Positions 13,537 through 29,764 of a DNA stretch of 64,000 bases are shown piece after piece; position 1 is the stretch's first letter, and every line of letters starts with the position of its first letter. Source of the stretch: Octopus vulgaris. Taxonomy: Eukaryota. Location of the stretch: assembly GCA_951406725.2 (NCBI GenBank), contig OX597815.1:18476001-18540000 (forward strand), in the 5' to 3' direction. A program made the translations under genes and the position numbers. The notes beneath the pieces are model-generated. The model saw nothing but the letters and a program-made list of their open reading frames with translations. It ran no database searches and was not told the DNA's origin.

Positions 13537-14436
13537 TAACGAAATTTGTGTGTGACCTCTCAGAAATCATTATTCTCCTCTAAAAACCTTTGAGGAGTTA
13601 ATCCAAACCATCATATGAGGTACTTAACTTTTGATTACTTCTAGTAGACCTACAACCAGTGACCTTCTCGTTGTCAACTATACGTCTTTTTTCTTAAGTT
13701 GGTTGTTTTATATAGAATTATTATTTGAAATGTGTTCTTCCTCTTTCTCGACCGTCGAATGCGTTGGCGGGTCACATATCATGCAATACTTCTGAAGTAT
13801 TGTTAAAGTCTAAAATTCAAAGACAGCAAGAAAAAAAATCGCTGATTGTAATTTTTTTTTATATAATTAATATAATATAACTTCAAAAGTGAGAAATAGT
13901 CAACTTCCTTCTTATCTGCTGTGAAGCTATAAAGTCTTGCATGCGTGTTTTAATAATAACATTATTCAGGTGTTTACATTGTGGGTAGAAGACTTTGTAA
14001 AACGCCAGAAAACAGAATTTAAAATGAATTAACTAAAATTATTGTGGCGCTGCTATGTTGTATAGACACATACACACAAACGCACGCACACACACACAAA
14101 CACACACATCAATATGTATGTATTTATCTATATACATACAGATGATCCAAGTGTAGATACCAGTGATTGGCTCTGCCTGTCATCCATTTGTAATTGAGGA
14201 ATTATGTACCACTTACACACAGGGGTTGATTTAAGCGATTCTTTGAAAGCGTTTGGCCTTGTGTTAAACATATGTTCGCGTTATGTATATAAAATTGATG
14301 CTTCCGATATAATTTGTGGCCCATGTTTTCCTGGTAACTTCGGTTTTTCCCTTGCTTTTCAATCTATAAATTTGTGGTTAAACAAAGGCCGGACTCCTCT
14401 TGAGTTGCCGAATTCCTCCCACCTACGATTGATGTT

Positions 14437-14650
<214 letters not shown>

Positions 14651-14749
14651 ATTCTCTCAGTCTTTCTGTCTGTCTGCATGCGTGTATGTCAGTCTGTCGG
14701 TCTTTCTTTTTGCTTGTCTCTCTGCCACTTCTATTTAGCTGTTACTATA

Positions 14750-14954
14750 TTTATTTTGAGATGCTCTGTGTTTCTTTCAATTACTTTAAATATAACAAAG
14801 AATTTAGTAAAATAACTTAGTTATCATTCAGCTAGTGTTAGGAACATAAATTGTGACTAAGGTTTGGTGGAAGATTTTAATTCAAAACTCTATGAAAACA
14901 AGACATTTGTGCTCAGAGCCAGAGCCGGTTTCAGCCGGGTTGGTAATGAAAGGG
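14750..14954. mobile_element. piggyBac-like non-autonomous element end (one TIR only)
   Basis: Terminates ..GGTAATGAAAGGG followed by TTAA (14955-14958); the matching left TTAACCCT end was not found. Confidence 0.5.
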
Positions 14955-15004
14955 TTAATGCTATTAACAAATACCTGTTAGTATTGTATTTAATTTAATG
15001 TACC

Positions 15005-17140
<2,136 letters not shown>

Positions 17141-17837
17141 AATTATTTTTCCGGTCGTCCATAATTACGTTTGTTTGCTCTATAGAAAATCGATGCCACG
17201 TTCCATATTCTTCGAGTTCCTTTGCCTCTAACTACTACATTTAATTGATATGCAGTTGTAAGTTTATAAATTTCCCTTTTCTTCATTGTAGAATGTGACA
17301 TGTATATGAAAATGTATGCTTATAAAATAGGCCCAAGAAACATTGGGTATAAAATAGCATTTTTTTTGTACTGCACCTGAACACTATACACAATAACGTC
17401 ATTATTTTTTTATTATAAAAAAAAATTCCTATGGAAATTCACATTCAGACACGTACGTCATGTTTGTGATGACAAATTCGAAACATAGTATGCAATGATG
17501 GATAATACAACTCGGTTAACTCTTTAAACTTCTTATTAAAATTATTAACCCGTCTAAAACCTTAGATTTTATGTTCGTAGAAAGAGTCTTGTCATTCTTA
17601 CAACGCAGATGGGTAAGGTGACCTTTAGTCAGAAAACAATATGGCTGGTCGAGCATCATATCTTGTGCTAGACGAAAATTTTAAATCACGCCTGTTTAAT
17701 CGTACTGAAGCCCGGTAGTGAAGAGAAACAAGATTTGTGCTGCTGAGGCAAATGATCCTCTGCTGGATTTCACACTTATGTTGCATAAAGTCGTCATAAC
17801 TGAAAAGAAAAATGATAATATACTCTTTAAAAGACTC

Positions 17838-18152
17838 CGCCGGTTACGACGACGAGGGTCCCAGCTGATACGATCAACGGAACAGCTTGCTCGTGAAATT
17901 AACGTGCAAATGGCTGAGCATTCCACAGACACGTGTACCCTTAACGTAGTTCTCGGGGATAATCAGCGTGACACAGAGAGTGACACGGCTGACCCTTTGA
18001 AGTACAAGTACAACTCATTTTTGCCAGCTGAGTGGACTGGAGCAACGTGAAATAAAGTGTCTTGCTCAATGACACAACGCGTCGCCGGGAATCGAACTCA
18101 CAACCTTACGATCATGAGCCGAATGCCCTAACCACTAAGCCACGCGCCCTCA
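17838..18152 (-). mobile_element. tRNA-derived SINE (family C-related head)
   Basis: Minus-strand head GTGAGGGCGCGTGGCTTAGTGGTTAGGGCATTCGGC..GAGTTCGATTCCCGG with A and B boxes. Confidence 0.8.
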
Positions 18153-18332
18153 CTAATATACTCTAACAGGAAGATGAAAGAAGGTAGCATACAACCGAAG
18201 TTCCTACCAGCAAGAAACTCAAGGTTTTAGATAATGTGCACATTATAATTTAAGCAACAATGAATATGTGCGTATCTATCTATTATATATATCTGTCTCT
18301 CTTTCTATCTATCTGTCTGTCTGTCTATCGAC

Positions 18333-18429
<97 letters not shown>

Positions 18430-18437
18430 ATATATAT

Positions 18438-18532
<95 letters not shown>

Positions 18533-18535
<3 letters not shown>

Positions 18536-18717
18536 GGAAAGTTTACAAAAAATAAACAAAAGACGAAGGCAGGTGGTGTACAAACAAACAAATGTATCAG
18601 TATAGCGCTCAGGAATAGAAAAAGTCTTTTACGTTTCGAGCCTACGCTCTTCTACAGAAAGATACACAGAAAAAAAACAAGGAGAGAAACAAGGAGAGAA
18701 AAAAAGGAGAGAAAAAC
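18533..18717 (-). mobile_element. PLE pseudo-LTR-like fragment in (TA)n with variant minimal hammerhead
   Basis: Flanked by (TA)n; minus strand 18662-18625 reads TCTTT-CTGTAGA-A-GAGC gtag GCTC-GAAAC-GTA-AAAGA. Confidence 0.65.
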
Positions 18718-18732
18718 TATATATATATATAT

Positions 18733-18946
18733 AGTTAATCCAAACATTGAAACACAAAGAGAAAACACAACAACGCGAGGACGTGGAACAAGTAGAGTGT
18801 TATTGGACGCTCAGGAAACGAAAGAAAGAAGGAGGAATTAATGTTTCGAGCGGAGCTCTTCGTCAGAAACATAGGAAAAGGAAAGATCCAAGGAAAGGAA
18901 GATGGAGAAAGAAAATCGCCAATGGTACACACGCGGTCACATTTTG
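18733..18946 (-). mobile_element. PLE pseudo-LTR-like fragment in (TA)n, same family as 24988-25176
   Basis: Near reverse complement of 24988-25176; carries CTGACGA-A-GAGC tcc GCTC-GAAAC-ATT (G to A change relative to the other copy). Confidence 0.75.
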
Positions 18947-19299
18947 AATATATATGTTTACATAAACACACACATATATGCATATATCTATCTATATAGA
19001 GGGATCCGAGAGTGAATCGAAATTTCATAAATATTATCTATAATTATGTATTGACTCGAATGGAAAAATGCGTCGCTCAAGTAGGATGTCATTTTGAACT
19101 ATTTCCTTGACGTTTCATATTTAGATGCTTTTATGAACTTTATTCAGTTGATAAACATAAATAAATCTTGGAATTAAATGGTTTTGATTTACTGCCAGGT
19201 GAGTTTTGGCCAAACCTGTATATGGGTGCGCAAGCGTGTATCTATATATAAGGACACACATACACACACATATATTCATGTTTGTTTTATGCAAGGTCG

Positions 19300-19336
<37 letters not shown>

Positions 19337-19882
19337 TGAGAGAGAGAGAGAGAAAGAGACAGAGAGAGTGTATGTGTGGGTGTGTATATATATGTGTGTA
19401 TGTATATATGTATGTATATATGTGTATATATATATGTATATATATATATGTGTATATATACATGTATATATATATGTGTATATATATATGACCAAGCAAT
19501 GAAGTTCCGGTTTACCAGTCAGGCAGTTTGATGGTGTCAAGTCAGCCGAAACTTAGAAGACCCTGACAAAACTCTTCTTTTAAAAATTGTATTTACATAA
19601 ATACACACACAAACACACGCGCACACATAAACACACATACACATTTATATACGTATGCATACACATATAGCCGTGTATACACACGCACACACACCCACAC
19701 ACATATATGCACAGATACTGATATACATTCCTGTATATGCAACTACATATATATTTATGTATATACATGTATACACGCACACACACACACAAATACATGT
19801 ATAGGCACATATAAAGACATATGTATATTGTACATTTATATATATATATAAATACGTATATAAATTTGTATCTGTATATACA

Positions 19883-19924
<42 letters not shown>

Positions 19925-20790
19925 CATTTATGCATAGATGTATACATATTTACATACTTGGAACTTATATATATACACAGAAACATATATAGCCGCACAC
20001 ACATATATGCATGTATTAATCTATACGGAGTGTATTTTGTAGATATTAATATCTGAAAAGTATACACACATACCTTAAAGATACATTTTTTTCTTTTGTC
20101 TCTTTTTCATATTCATATATGTATTGTCAGTGGTTCATTCACCCACTTCGTTCTATAGAACTCTTATCGTTCTACATGTTCTAAAACATTTCCGGAGACT
20201 AGCGTGTTATTTAATAGAAGCAATCTGAATTTCAGTAACGCTCATACATCTGGGATATAGAATTTTCTCAAATATTAGAAGTTTTCTCATTAAAAAATTC
20301 TGGGCAATTTAATTATTGAACATACAAGTCTCATTTGTATTAGAATTAATTTAATATTCTCATTCAACTTTAAAGACTGTTGAATTGCAGAAACGATACG
20401 CTAAGGCACTAAATAACTGAGAGTATTTGATTTTGTTCTACTATAAACAAGTCTAAATTACGCGAAGACTAACTGTTCATTTCATCACTTTTGCGCCCAC
20501 TCTAAAAAAATATAGAAACACGAAAGGATTTTATTAGCACTTCTACCATTTCGTAGATTTCTACAAAACGGAGAGAAAATATATTTCAATTACACTAATC
20601 AATTTCGGTCATTTGTCATTATAATCTCTAATTGTTTTACTTATTGCATAGATTAAAATAAAATTACATTGACTCTCATGTTATATACCATGTTTGTTCT
20701 AATAGAACACCCACGTTTTAGTGGAGATAAATATTAGCTCTAGGCATTAATACTGCTTCCCACACTAATATATAATTTTTAACAAGCTCA

Positions 20791-22010
20791 CTGGTTAATC
20801 GCGACACCAGTGCCTGATCTGGCACTGTTTTTCTATATATCTCTGGCGGTAAGATGAGTCGCTGCTACTTCAAGTGGTCGAGCGCCCATCATTTTCAAGA
20901 CCACCGAAGGTCAAAATCACGTAATCTGGTGGTCTCGGCATTGGAGATGGCGGCGACTTACCTCCCTACTGGCGAATATAACCAAGATGCATTTTGCACC
21001 AAAAAGCCAAAATATACAAGTCATTTGCACTGCTAACTCTTGAGCATGCGATATATAGTTGTCTATGAGAAAAGCAGGGAATTTGTAAATTGAGACCCAC
21101 AATTTTTAAAGTTTGACCCTGGGCTTTGTTGATTGTCATAGCGAAGCACAATCGCAATGGGAACTGGAGGCACTTGAATTGAAATGGCACATTTGAGGGA
21201 ATAAGGGGCATGCGTAGAATATATGCATCTCTTCTCGATTGCAGGTGGCAATAATGGTTACTTCTAGGACATCGCTTGTCGTTGTTGTTACAATCAATCT
21301 TGTACCATTGCATAGTCGTGGTGGCTCCAAATTCCTGAAAAGCATGATAGGTGCACCTTTCTTTAGGAAAAAACATGCGGTGACAGTCTTGTGGCTTGTA
21401 GAGAGTTCAGAAATTCAACTGGATACACAACAGCGAAGTTGAGAAATTTAACTGGATACTCAACAGCGGCATGTTCGTCGGTGGTAGTATCAATGGAAAC
21501 AAACGTTGAATCATCTCCAGGTAGAATGTGGAGGAATTCATGGTTTACTTTATCAACGCTTTCATTCCGAGGTTCTAAAAATAGCTCCCTCTGCGAACCA
21601 TGCTATGCTTTTGAAGTTCTCTTGCAATGAGGGAAATACCTTTTCTTTAAGTTCGGCCATTGTAGATACCATGTGCCCATATTGCAGTACATGCTGCTGC
21701 AGAGTGTTGTTCAACAGTAAGACGCCATTTCCAATTTGTTGAACAAGAGAATTCCTCAGCTAAAGAGTCGTTGTAGAGATGAACTCGCATACTCTTGCTT
21801 AATGAAAGCTGACGAACAAACTTCAGACATGAATAGTTCTCGTCAACTTGCTTACCCCGTGGTATGACGGGTAATATTTGAAGGAGATCCCCTGCAAGTA
21901 AAACCGTTAAGCCCCGCCATAATGTCAGTATTGTTTCTGATATCCCTTAGTGATCCATCTAGGGCTTCTAGTGAACCACGGTGTGCCATCGTGCTTTCAT
22001 CCCGGACAGT
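20791..22010 (-). mobile_element. Helitron 3' portion: PIF1-like helicase pseudogene plus subterminal hairpin
   Basis: Minus-strand peptides DESTMAHRGSLEALD..LLAGDLLQILPVIPRG, MRVHL, RNLEPPRLCNGTRL, QFPLRLCFAMTINKAQGQTL, CFSHRQLYIACSRV across frameshifts; hairpin CAGTGCC/GGCACTG at 20808-20827 just inside a CCAG|T end. Confidence 0.92.
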
Positions 22011-22048
22011 AGTGAGTGCGGGTATGTATATGTGTACATGTGTATGGT

Positions 22049-22282
22049 TACTCTTTTACTATTTTACTCTTTTTCTTGTTTCAGTCCTTTGACTGCGGCC
22101 ATGCTGGAGCACCGCCTTTAGTCGAGGAAATCGATCCCAGGACTTATTCTTTGTAAGCCTAGTACTTATTCTATCGACTCTTTTCCCGAACCACTAAGTC
22201 ACGGGGACGAAAACAGGCCATCATCGCTTGTCAAGCGATGTTGAGGGGACAAGCACAGACACGCAAACACACAGACACACAG

Positions 22283-22317
<35 letters not shown>

Positions 22318-22488
22318 CATGTATACGACGGGCTTCTTTCAGTTTCCGTCTACCAAATCCACTCACAAGACCTTGGTCGGCCCGAGCTTATAGTAGAAGA
22401 CACTTACCCAAGGTGCCACGCAGTGGGACTGAACCCGGTACCGTGTGGTTGGTAAGCAAGCTACTTACCACACAGCCATTCCTCCGCC
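22049..22488 (-). mobile_element. SINE family B
   Basis: Same head, body and tail as 13109-13536. Confidence 0.9.
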
Positions 22489-24270
22489 TATATATATGTA
22501 TATATATGCATACATATAGGTGTGTGTGTGGGTGTGCATGTATGTGTTTCACGCGAGTTTGAGTGAGCATATGCATATATAGCAAATGCGTATTTAGACG
22601 TGTATATGAATATAATTGTGCGGGTATGGGTATGTGTATGTGTGTGTGCGTGTGCGTGTGTGCGAATATGTATATGTGTACATATGTATAGTTGCATTTA
22701 TATGTATACATATAGATGTATGTGTGTGTGTGGGGGGGTGAATGTATGCGTTTCACGCGAGTGTGAGTGAGCATATGGACATATACCCATGTACGTGGGT
22801 GTGCGTGCGCGCATGTGTATGTAAATACATGCGCGCATACGTGAATTCTATGAGCATCTTTTACTTTCTCCCCTTCGGGGTTTTCCAGTTATTTAACGGT
22901 CATTCTAATAGCTCATTTGTTTGTCTTTAAAACTGTCGTCTACATAGTAATTTCCCTTTGTTTAACGGTCATTTTCATAGCATTTTTGCTTGCCTTAATA
23001 ACTGACGAGATGCCGGAGCAGATTTTCGCTCCGACACCCGAAATTTTACTTTATTATGGCAACCGAATAATTGTCACATATTATATTACAGATAAATTCC
23101 TCTATTTACATAATATCGAGGTCTCATTCCATTCTTTAGTTGTCATACTATTACTATTAAGCGTCCCTTGCATTTGAACACTATGCAAATATTCTTTGAA
23201 AAAACTTTTCATGTAATCTTAGTATGGAAGGTCGCTTCATCAAGTTCATATTCAATAGCTTAGTTACGTTGTCCATTTTGATGATTTAAAGTTTTCAAAG
23301 GAGTTGCTTCATAGCGAAGTAATTCTTTGAAAGCGAACTTAGCAGAAAAAGTTATTTCTTGACACCATAAAAGCGAAAATGTCTGAATATCAACACCTTT
23401 AACTGAGAACATTTTTCTATTCAGCAGAAATAACTGGCTTCTATAAACGGTGTCAAAGGCAAGAATAATTGCCTGCTGTTTGAGAAAAATATTGAACCAC
23501 CCATCAAATAACGAAACGTATTGCCGATATACTACAGGTTGTTAAAATTCGGAATGATAGACACCCCAGAGTTGTATTTTATTTTTCACTGTTTAAGTCA
23601 TCTCTGATAGATCACATCTCAGGAAAATAACACTAGATGCCTGTATGCCTGGATATCCAAGTTTAGCGTGAAAGATGTAAAACGAAATAGCGTTCTATTA
23701 AGGATTTAGTGCCAGGTAAGATTAATTTTGATAGTCAACTAGTAGTAATTGGAGGCCAGAAGTACGAACTTCATATAATTTAGAAAATTAAAGCTGACAC
23801 AGCGTGTTCAAGGATTTATACACGAATAAGGAAACAAAGTACCAGTTGTATATTCTAGTTTCGAAATTGAAAAAATCTGCTTTGAACGAATTAATACTTA
23901 ATTTTACATATGCGCTAGAGATTTCATTCAAGTTCACAGAGGCTGAATAGACAGTTAATCCATCTTTTTTTAAGTAGACCATTAATGTTGTAATTACAAT
24001 GATTTGATGTTTGGTATTGGGTTGCCTTTTTCGTTTCCAGAGATTGGAATTCTCAAGGGTTTGAGCAAAAATTGTGAGTGGTCGAGTAAGCTATTTAAAT
24101 AAGATAGCTTATGATATTTGTTTATTTTGAGGGGAATGTTTCAATTGGGGATTGAAGAAACCTTTTTCAACAGTTAAACAGTAATTTGTATCTTTCTACG
24201 TTTAATACTGTATTTACTGTATTTTACATTCTATATGTAACTCCTTCTGCCCCGCATTTCTTTTTAACAG

Positions 24271-24536
24271 CGGGGTCTTTCCGAAAAGCTCTATCTGCGA
24301 CGATTTCATCTCAATCGAAGGAGAGGGGCTTTCTCCGTCCGGGTTGCAGATCCGTGGAACAAGCTGCCAGACGAGATGGTGAAGATGCCGACGACCGCTT
24401 TGTTCAAAGTCTCCCTTGACCTCAAGTGGCCTGAACTCTTTACATGAACACCACCCTGTACATAACTCCATGTCCCCCTACATGGCCTTGCTTTTTTGCT
24501 TTTTGAGCCAAAAATTAACTAACTAACTAACTAACT
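24271..24536 (+). mobile_element. 5'-truncated CR1/L2-type LINE 3' end
   Basis: Frame RGLSEKLYLRRFHLNRRRGAFSVRVADPWNKLPDEMV..FKVSLDLKW..* (stop 24445-24447), followed by a short 3' UTR and an (AACT)n tail. Confidence 0.85.
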
Positions 24537-24907
24537 TTCATTTATAAATAACCGTAACTAAATCTGCGAAATGAACAACATTTTTTTATATGCCCAATGG
24601 TCGGGTACTCTTTGAAAACATCTCGTATATTTAAATGTCAAGTCTTAGTAATAATGAACTAAGATAGAATGGAAATATATTTCTTCTGTTCTTTCGGTGT
24701 GCGGGAAAATAGGGTGTGTCTCCTGACTGACCGTTTCACGACTTGTTTATCGTTTCCAAAAGAAGATACAACCTTTTACTTTTTCCACTGACAGCATAGT
24801 GTGTTAAGTTCTTATAAAAAGAAAACAATCGACAACTTAGCTAATATCGAGTTGAGGATGTTAATTTGTATTTTTGCAAATATGTACACACATACAAACA
24901 CTCACAC

Positions 24908-24966
<59 letters not shown>

Positions 24967-24987
24967 CATATATATATATATATATAT

Positions 24988-25172
24988 CGTGTGTGTATCG
25001 TTGGCGATTTTTTTCCTCCGTCTTCCTTTCCTTGGATCTTTCCTTTTCCTATGTTTCTGACGAAGAGCTCCGCTCGAAACGTTAAATCCTCCTTCTGTCT
25101 TTCCTTTCCTGAGCGTCCAGTAACACTATACTTGTTCCACGTCCTCGTGTTGTTGTGTTTTCGTGTTTGGAT

Positions 25173-25176
<4 letters not shown>
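24988..25176 (+). mobile_element. PLE pseudo-LTR-like fragment in (TA)n
   Basis: Second copy of 18733-18946, flanked by (TA)n on both sides; contains a hammerhead motif. Confidence 0.75.
25053..25087 (+). ncRNA. Minimal type-I hammerhead ribozyme motif
   Basis: GTTT-CTGACGA-A-GAGC tcc GCTC-GAAAC-GTT-AAAT; intact core, 4-bp stem II, palindromic AACGTT in place of stem III, weak stem I. Confidence 0.65.
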
Positions 25177-25229
<53 letters not shown>

Positions 25230-25323
25230 TCAATATAAGGGTAGCAACAAATTCAATAGAAATTTTTTTCCGCCACCAGCGGTCCAGTGAGAAAGAGAAA
25301 ATAGTCACAGACTATATATATAT

Positions 25324-25680
<357 letters not shown>

Positions 25681-26540
25681 TATAATATGTAAGTATGTAT
25701 TATGTTATGTATGGGTGTGTGGGCGTGCGTTTGTATGAATACAGCTTGAATTGCTATATTTGGTAAAATTTCGAAATGATTGTCTCATTTTCATACGGAT
25801 TTACATATATGTTTGTGCGCCAATGGTGGTACGTGTATATCCTTAAGCGGAGCTATTAAAATGTTTATGAAATATTAATTGAAAATAATATTCTATGTTT
25901 ATTTGTTGTCTTTTTAAGCTGAGAAACAATTCGGAATTTGATTTTAACATCACCTGATTTTCATCTTTTGTCTCCTGTATACGTTTGAAAACCATAGTTT
26001 TGAATTGAATTGCTTTGGTTGCGTGATAACGAGTTGAAGAACTATTCATTATATGCTAATGTGTATCGAAACGCAGGATACTATGCTGGAAATTTTAAAT
26101 AAATTTGAAGATTCTTGTGAGATTGCTATTGAACTCTAAACATGCTTGCTGTATATTCTCAATTTTCACAGCAGAGAAAAGATGATATTGTTTATTGGTA
26201 TCTATTGTAAAATGTCAGCTGTTATAAACACCACCATGGCATGTGCTTCAACGCGACCATCATCCCTCACTCGATGTGCGAAAAAAACTACTATTTAGTT
26301 TTTTGGAACTGGGAGACATATCCGCCATATACATTCATCAGATGGCACAATACAAGGAAAAGGAAGTTACGTTAGTCAATGTACTTCGAGATGTTTAATG
26401 CTTGGTGATAATCACAAATATTTTGATCAAGCGCTGTCTTCGTCGTTTCTAAAGTTCTCGGGAGAAAGAGCGGAGCTGACTCATACCCAAGGTCCTTTTC
26501 AAAGCCTCGAGGACAAGCTTGAACAAAAGGTGGAAGTTTC

Positions 26541-26807
26541 TTCATTATTTACATTATTTACATTTGACGGATATTTGACCTCATCTTGTTTGTTGTTAAC
26601 ACAACGTTTCGGCTGCTATACCCTCCAGCCTTCACAGGTGTCTTGGGGAAATTTCGAAACTGGGTTCTCATTCCTCAGGTATTTTTTGATGTTGTTGTTG
26701 TTGTTATTATTATTATTATTATCATTATTATTATCATTATTATTATCATTATTATTATTATTATTATTGTTGTTGTTGTTGTTGTTCAGGTCACTGCTTG
26801 GAATCGA
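26541..26807 (-). mobile_element. tRNA-headed, hammerhead-tailed SINE (head truncated at the B box)
   Basis: Homologous to 46586-47040; minus strand 26641-26599 ACAC-CTGTGA-A-GGCTG..CAGCC-GAAAC-GTT-GTGT. Confidence 0.75.
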
Positions 26808-29298
26808 GTGAATTTTAGGGCTTATAAATCTAATATTCTCTTATCCTTCCTTAATACCGGTTTCCATATGCTGCTCATATCTGCACTCGGTCTGCTTAGG
26901 AGGTTGTTATGTCCTGGCATAGGTGTGTGTGTGTGTGCACGCGCGCGTGTGTGCATGTGTGCGTGTGTGTGTTTGTATATGTGTGCGTGTGTGTGTTTGT
27001 GTAGACATGCAGTATTGTGAAGAAAGGAAAAAGGGAATATGTTTTCTATAACATGATAATGACATAATGAATGTAATACATATTGATTTGGAATGAATCA
27101 ATTTACATTTGAAACGCTAATGAGCAACACACGAGGACTGTAGACATGTAACTTATAAGGCCTCTATGTTTCCCATCTTCTTGTTTCTAGTAAAGCAGTA
27201 AGAATATGTTAATCAAACGGCAAAGAAAACATATCATTTTTTAAAAATTATCGAATGGGATATGAAATGTTCCCATTTTCCCAACTGGACACTCAAAGGA
27301 AATACCACCTTTAACATAATGACAGAAATTTGAATATTCTTAATCACTATACTTTCATCACATCTCTAACTAATATGGAGTTGATGTGTGATGGGAATAT
27401 GTGATATATTTTAACATTCATGAATATCAAACCTTTATAGAAAGGACTACGAAGGAAATAGAACATTCCATTGTTATCTACAATACTTTAATTTATTTTC
27501 TCCAATGATTACTGGCACACATGATTATAACGATTCTGTCTCCATTCTGAAGAATTATCATTATATGGATTTGGCGGAAATTAGAGAAATTCTGAAATAG
27601 ATTGTCATTCTCTCAAGAACATACTTCGTCATTAGTCTATGTTTATATTTACTCTAAAAACGGAAGGGATATAATTAACTAATGATAGACTATTGTAGTT
27701 TGGGGACTACGCTTCCCATAAGAAAGTTCTGTTGTATTTAATTTCCTTTGAAATACTCAGTGGAATTTAGAAGGACTTAAGAAATGCTATTTCTCTCACT
27801 TGGAAACGTTTAATTGAGAACAAGCTACGGAATATGAAATGCTGTAAAGTGTCAAGCAAACCGCTTAGTGCAATAGTCTAATTCCATTTGAAACTTGTTA
27901 AATAGAAATAATTCCCTTGCGAATATTTACAGTATTACTTTAGTTGTCAATTCCAATTGATGTTAGTGCAATTAATATGTGACAATTGAAGAAGACAGCT
28001 TGAGAATTTCCCTTGAAACTAGTAATTTCGGGAGATAGTTTAGAATAAGCCATTCCTACAAATACTGTTTTTATCTGTTGATGGTTAGCCATGATTCATT
28101 CTTGGACATAAGATTGTCTCTAGAATTCAGTTCCAATTTGTATTACCTTATTTATAAACAGTACAGTATGGTTCGATTTAACGTTTGCCGTTATATAAAG
28201 CATGTTCAGCAATAACGAAGGACCGCCTCATTCATTTGTACACCGTGAAGCCCCTCAGAGTATTTTCCATGTGGATTTTCTTTACTATGACTAACAATGA
28301 TGTTCTGAGTCTAAATACTTTAAATCCATGTGGCTATTGTTACAAAAAGGGATACCAACGTTTTACGTTCATCACCTGAAATAAGGCTTAATAAAACAAC
28401 TTTAGCTTTAATATACATGAATATTTTGCAACTTCAGACAAATATTATGTAAATATATTTTACAAATTCCGTAATTCTTTATAAACTTACATTGTAATCC
28501 GATAAATGAGTTAAAATTATATCTAAATTTCAGCAAATATTCCGATACATAAACTTGAATTTTCACAAATTGATTAATGATCTTCATTTTCAAAAGAAAT
28601 AACTGTGAATTTAAAAAAAAGAATCCAAAAGAGTTTATCTACTACAAAAGGGTAGTTCTGGCATTTATACATGGTGTGATATTCAAAGTTTTAAAAGGGA
28701 TAATGTTACTCAACTTAGAATACTGTAAACGACAGTCAAATTTTCTTCAAATTATATTCTCTCGATTTGAAAAGAGAGACCAAGCAAGATAATAAAATTA
28801 CGCAATGTTCGAGATGAAAAGGAAACATGAATTGGAATTAAACATCAACAGTAAAAATCTCTTTGAAAATAACATTGATACTTGTATATCTTCTACAATC
28901 GAAATATTTTGTATTAGTAAATTTTTTCAATGTGGGGTTAATTTTTAAGTAATACTATATATTTCTTGTAGAAATTATTTATTGACATACAGAACAGAAT
29001 ATGAAATGAACTTAATGATGGCGATTATTGACAATTAAAAAATCAAGAAGTTATACCCTCATAACTATATCAGTAAACATTTTTGATTATCATTCATACC
29101 AGCACAAACAACCACAGATAACACATGCTTTAATATCCTACAATGCATGTGTGATTGCATTATATGTTATTTGATTACACGTAATAAAACTGTGTTAATT
29201 CAAAGACAACAGTATTCACTATCCAATTTTTGCTCATTTGAGTGACTTCAGAAGCCGTTTAAATCAGTTACAAATTGGATACTGAATGGATGTGTGTT

Positions 29299-29433
29299 GA
29301 TAAAGCATAGTACACGACATGGATAAAGCATCGTACACGACATGGATAAAGCATCGTACACGACATGGATAAAGCATCGTACACGACATGGATAAAGCAT
29401 CGTACACGACATGGATAAAGCATCGTACACGAC
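29299..29433. repeat. 23-bp minisatellite, ~5.9 copies
   Basis: Unit GATAAAGCATCGTACACGACATG starting at 29299, 29322, 29345, 29368, 29391 and 29414 (partial). Confidence 0.97.
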
Positions 29434-29643
29434 GTTTGTTATTATTTGTGTCTTTCTCTCTTCATTTTAAACATATTTTATACTTATTTTTGATAAGGTT
29501 TTTAAAAGAAAACGAAACATGTAAATCAAAACAAATACATCCAATTTTAAGAAAGTAGCAGTTTCATTCTTGTCTATCTTTAATATCTACGGACTCGTGA
29601 GGTACGCCAACAAATCTTTGCAAATATATATATATATATATAT

Positions 29644-29686
<43 letters not shown>

Positions 29687-29711
29687 TGTGCGCGCGCGTG
29701 TGTGTGTGTGT

Positions 29712-29764
<53 letters not shown>

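Noticed and set aside
23170-23700. Possible second Helitron (Rep-region) fragment on the minus strand
   Set aside because: Resemblance (ATSFE..NG-like) needs several frameshifts; unsupported without a profile search.
29299-29433. CRISPR-like appearance of the 23-bp repeats
   Set aside because: No spacers, no cas genes, eukaryotic context.
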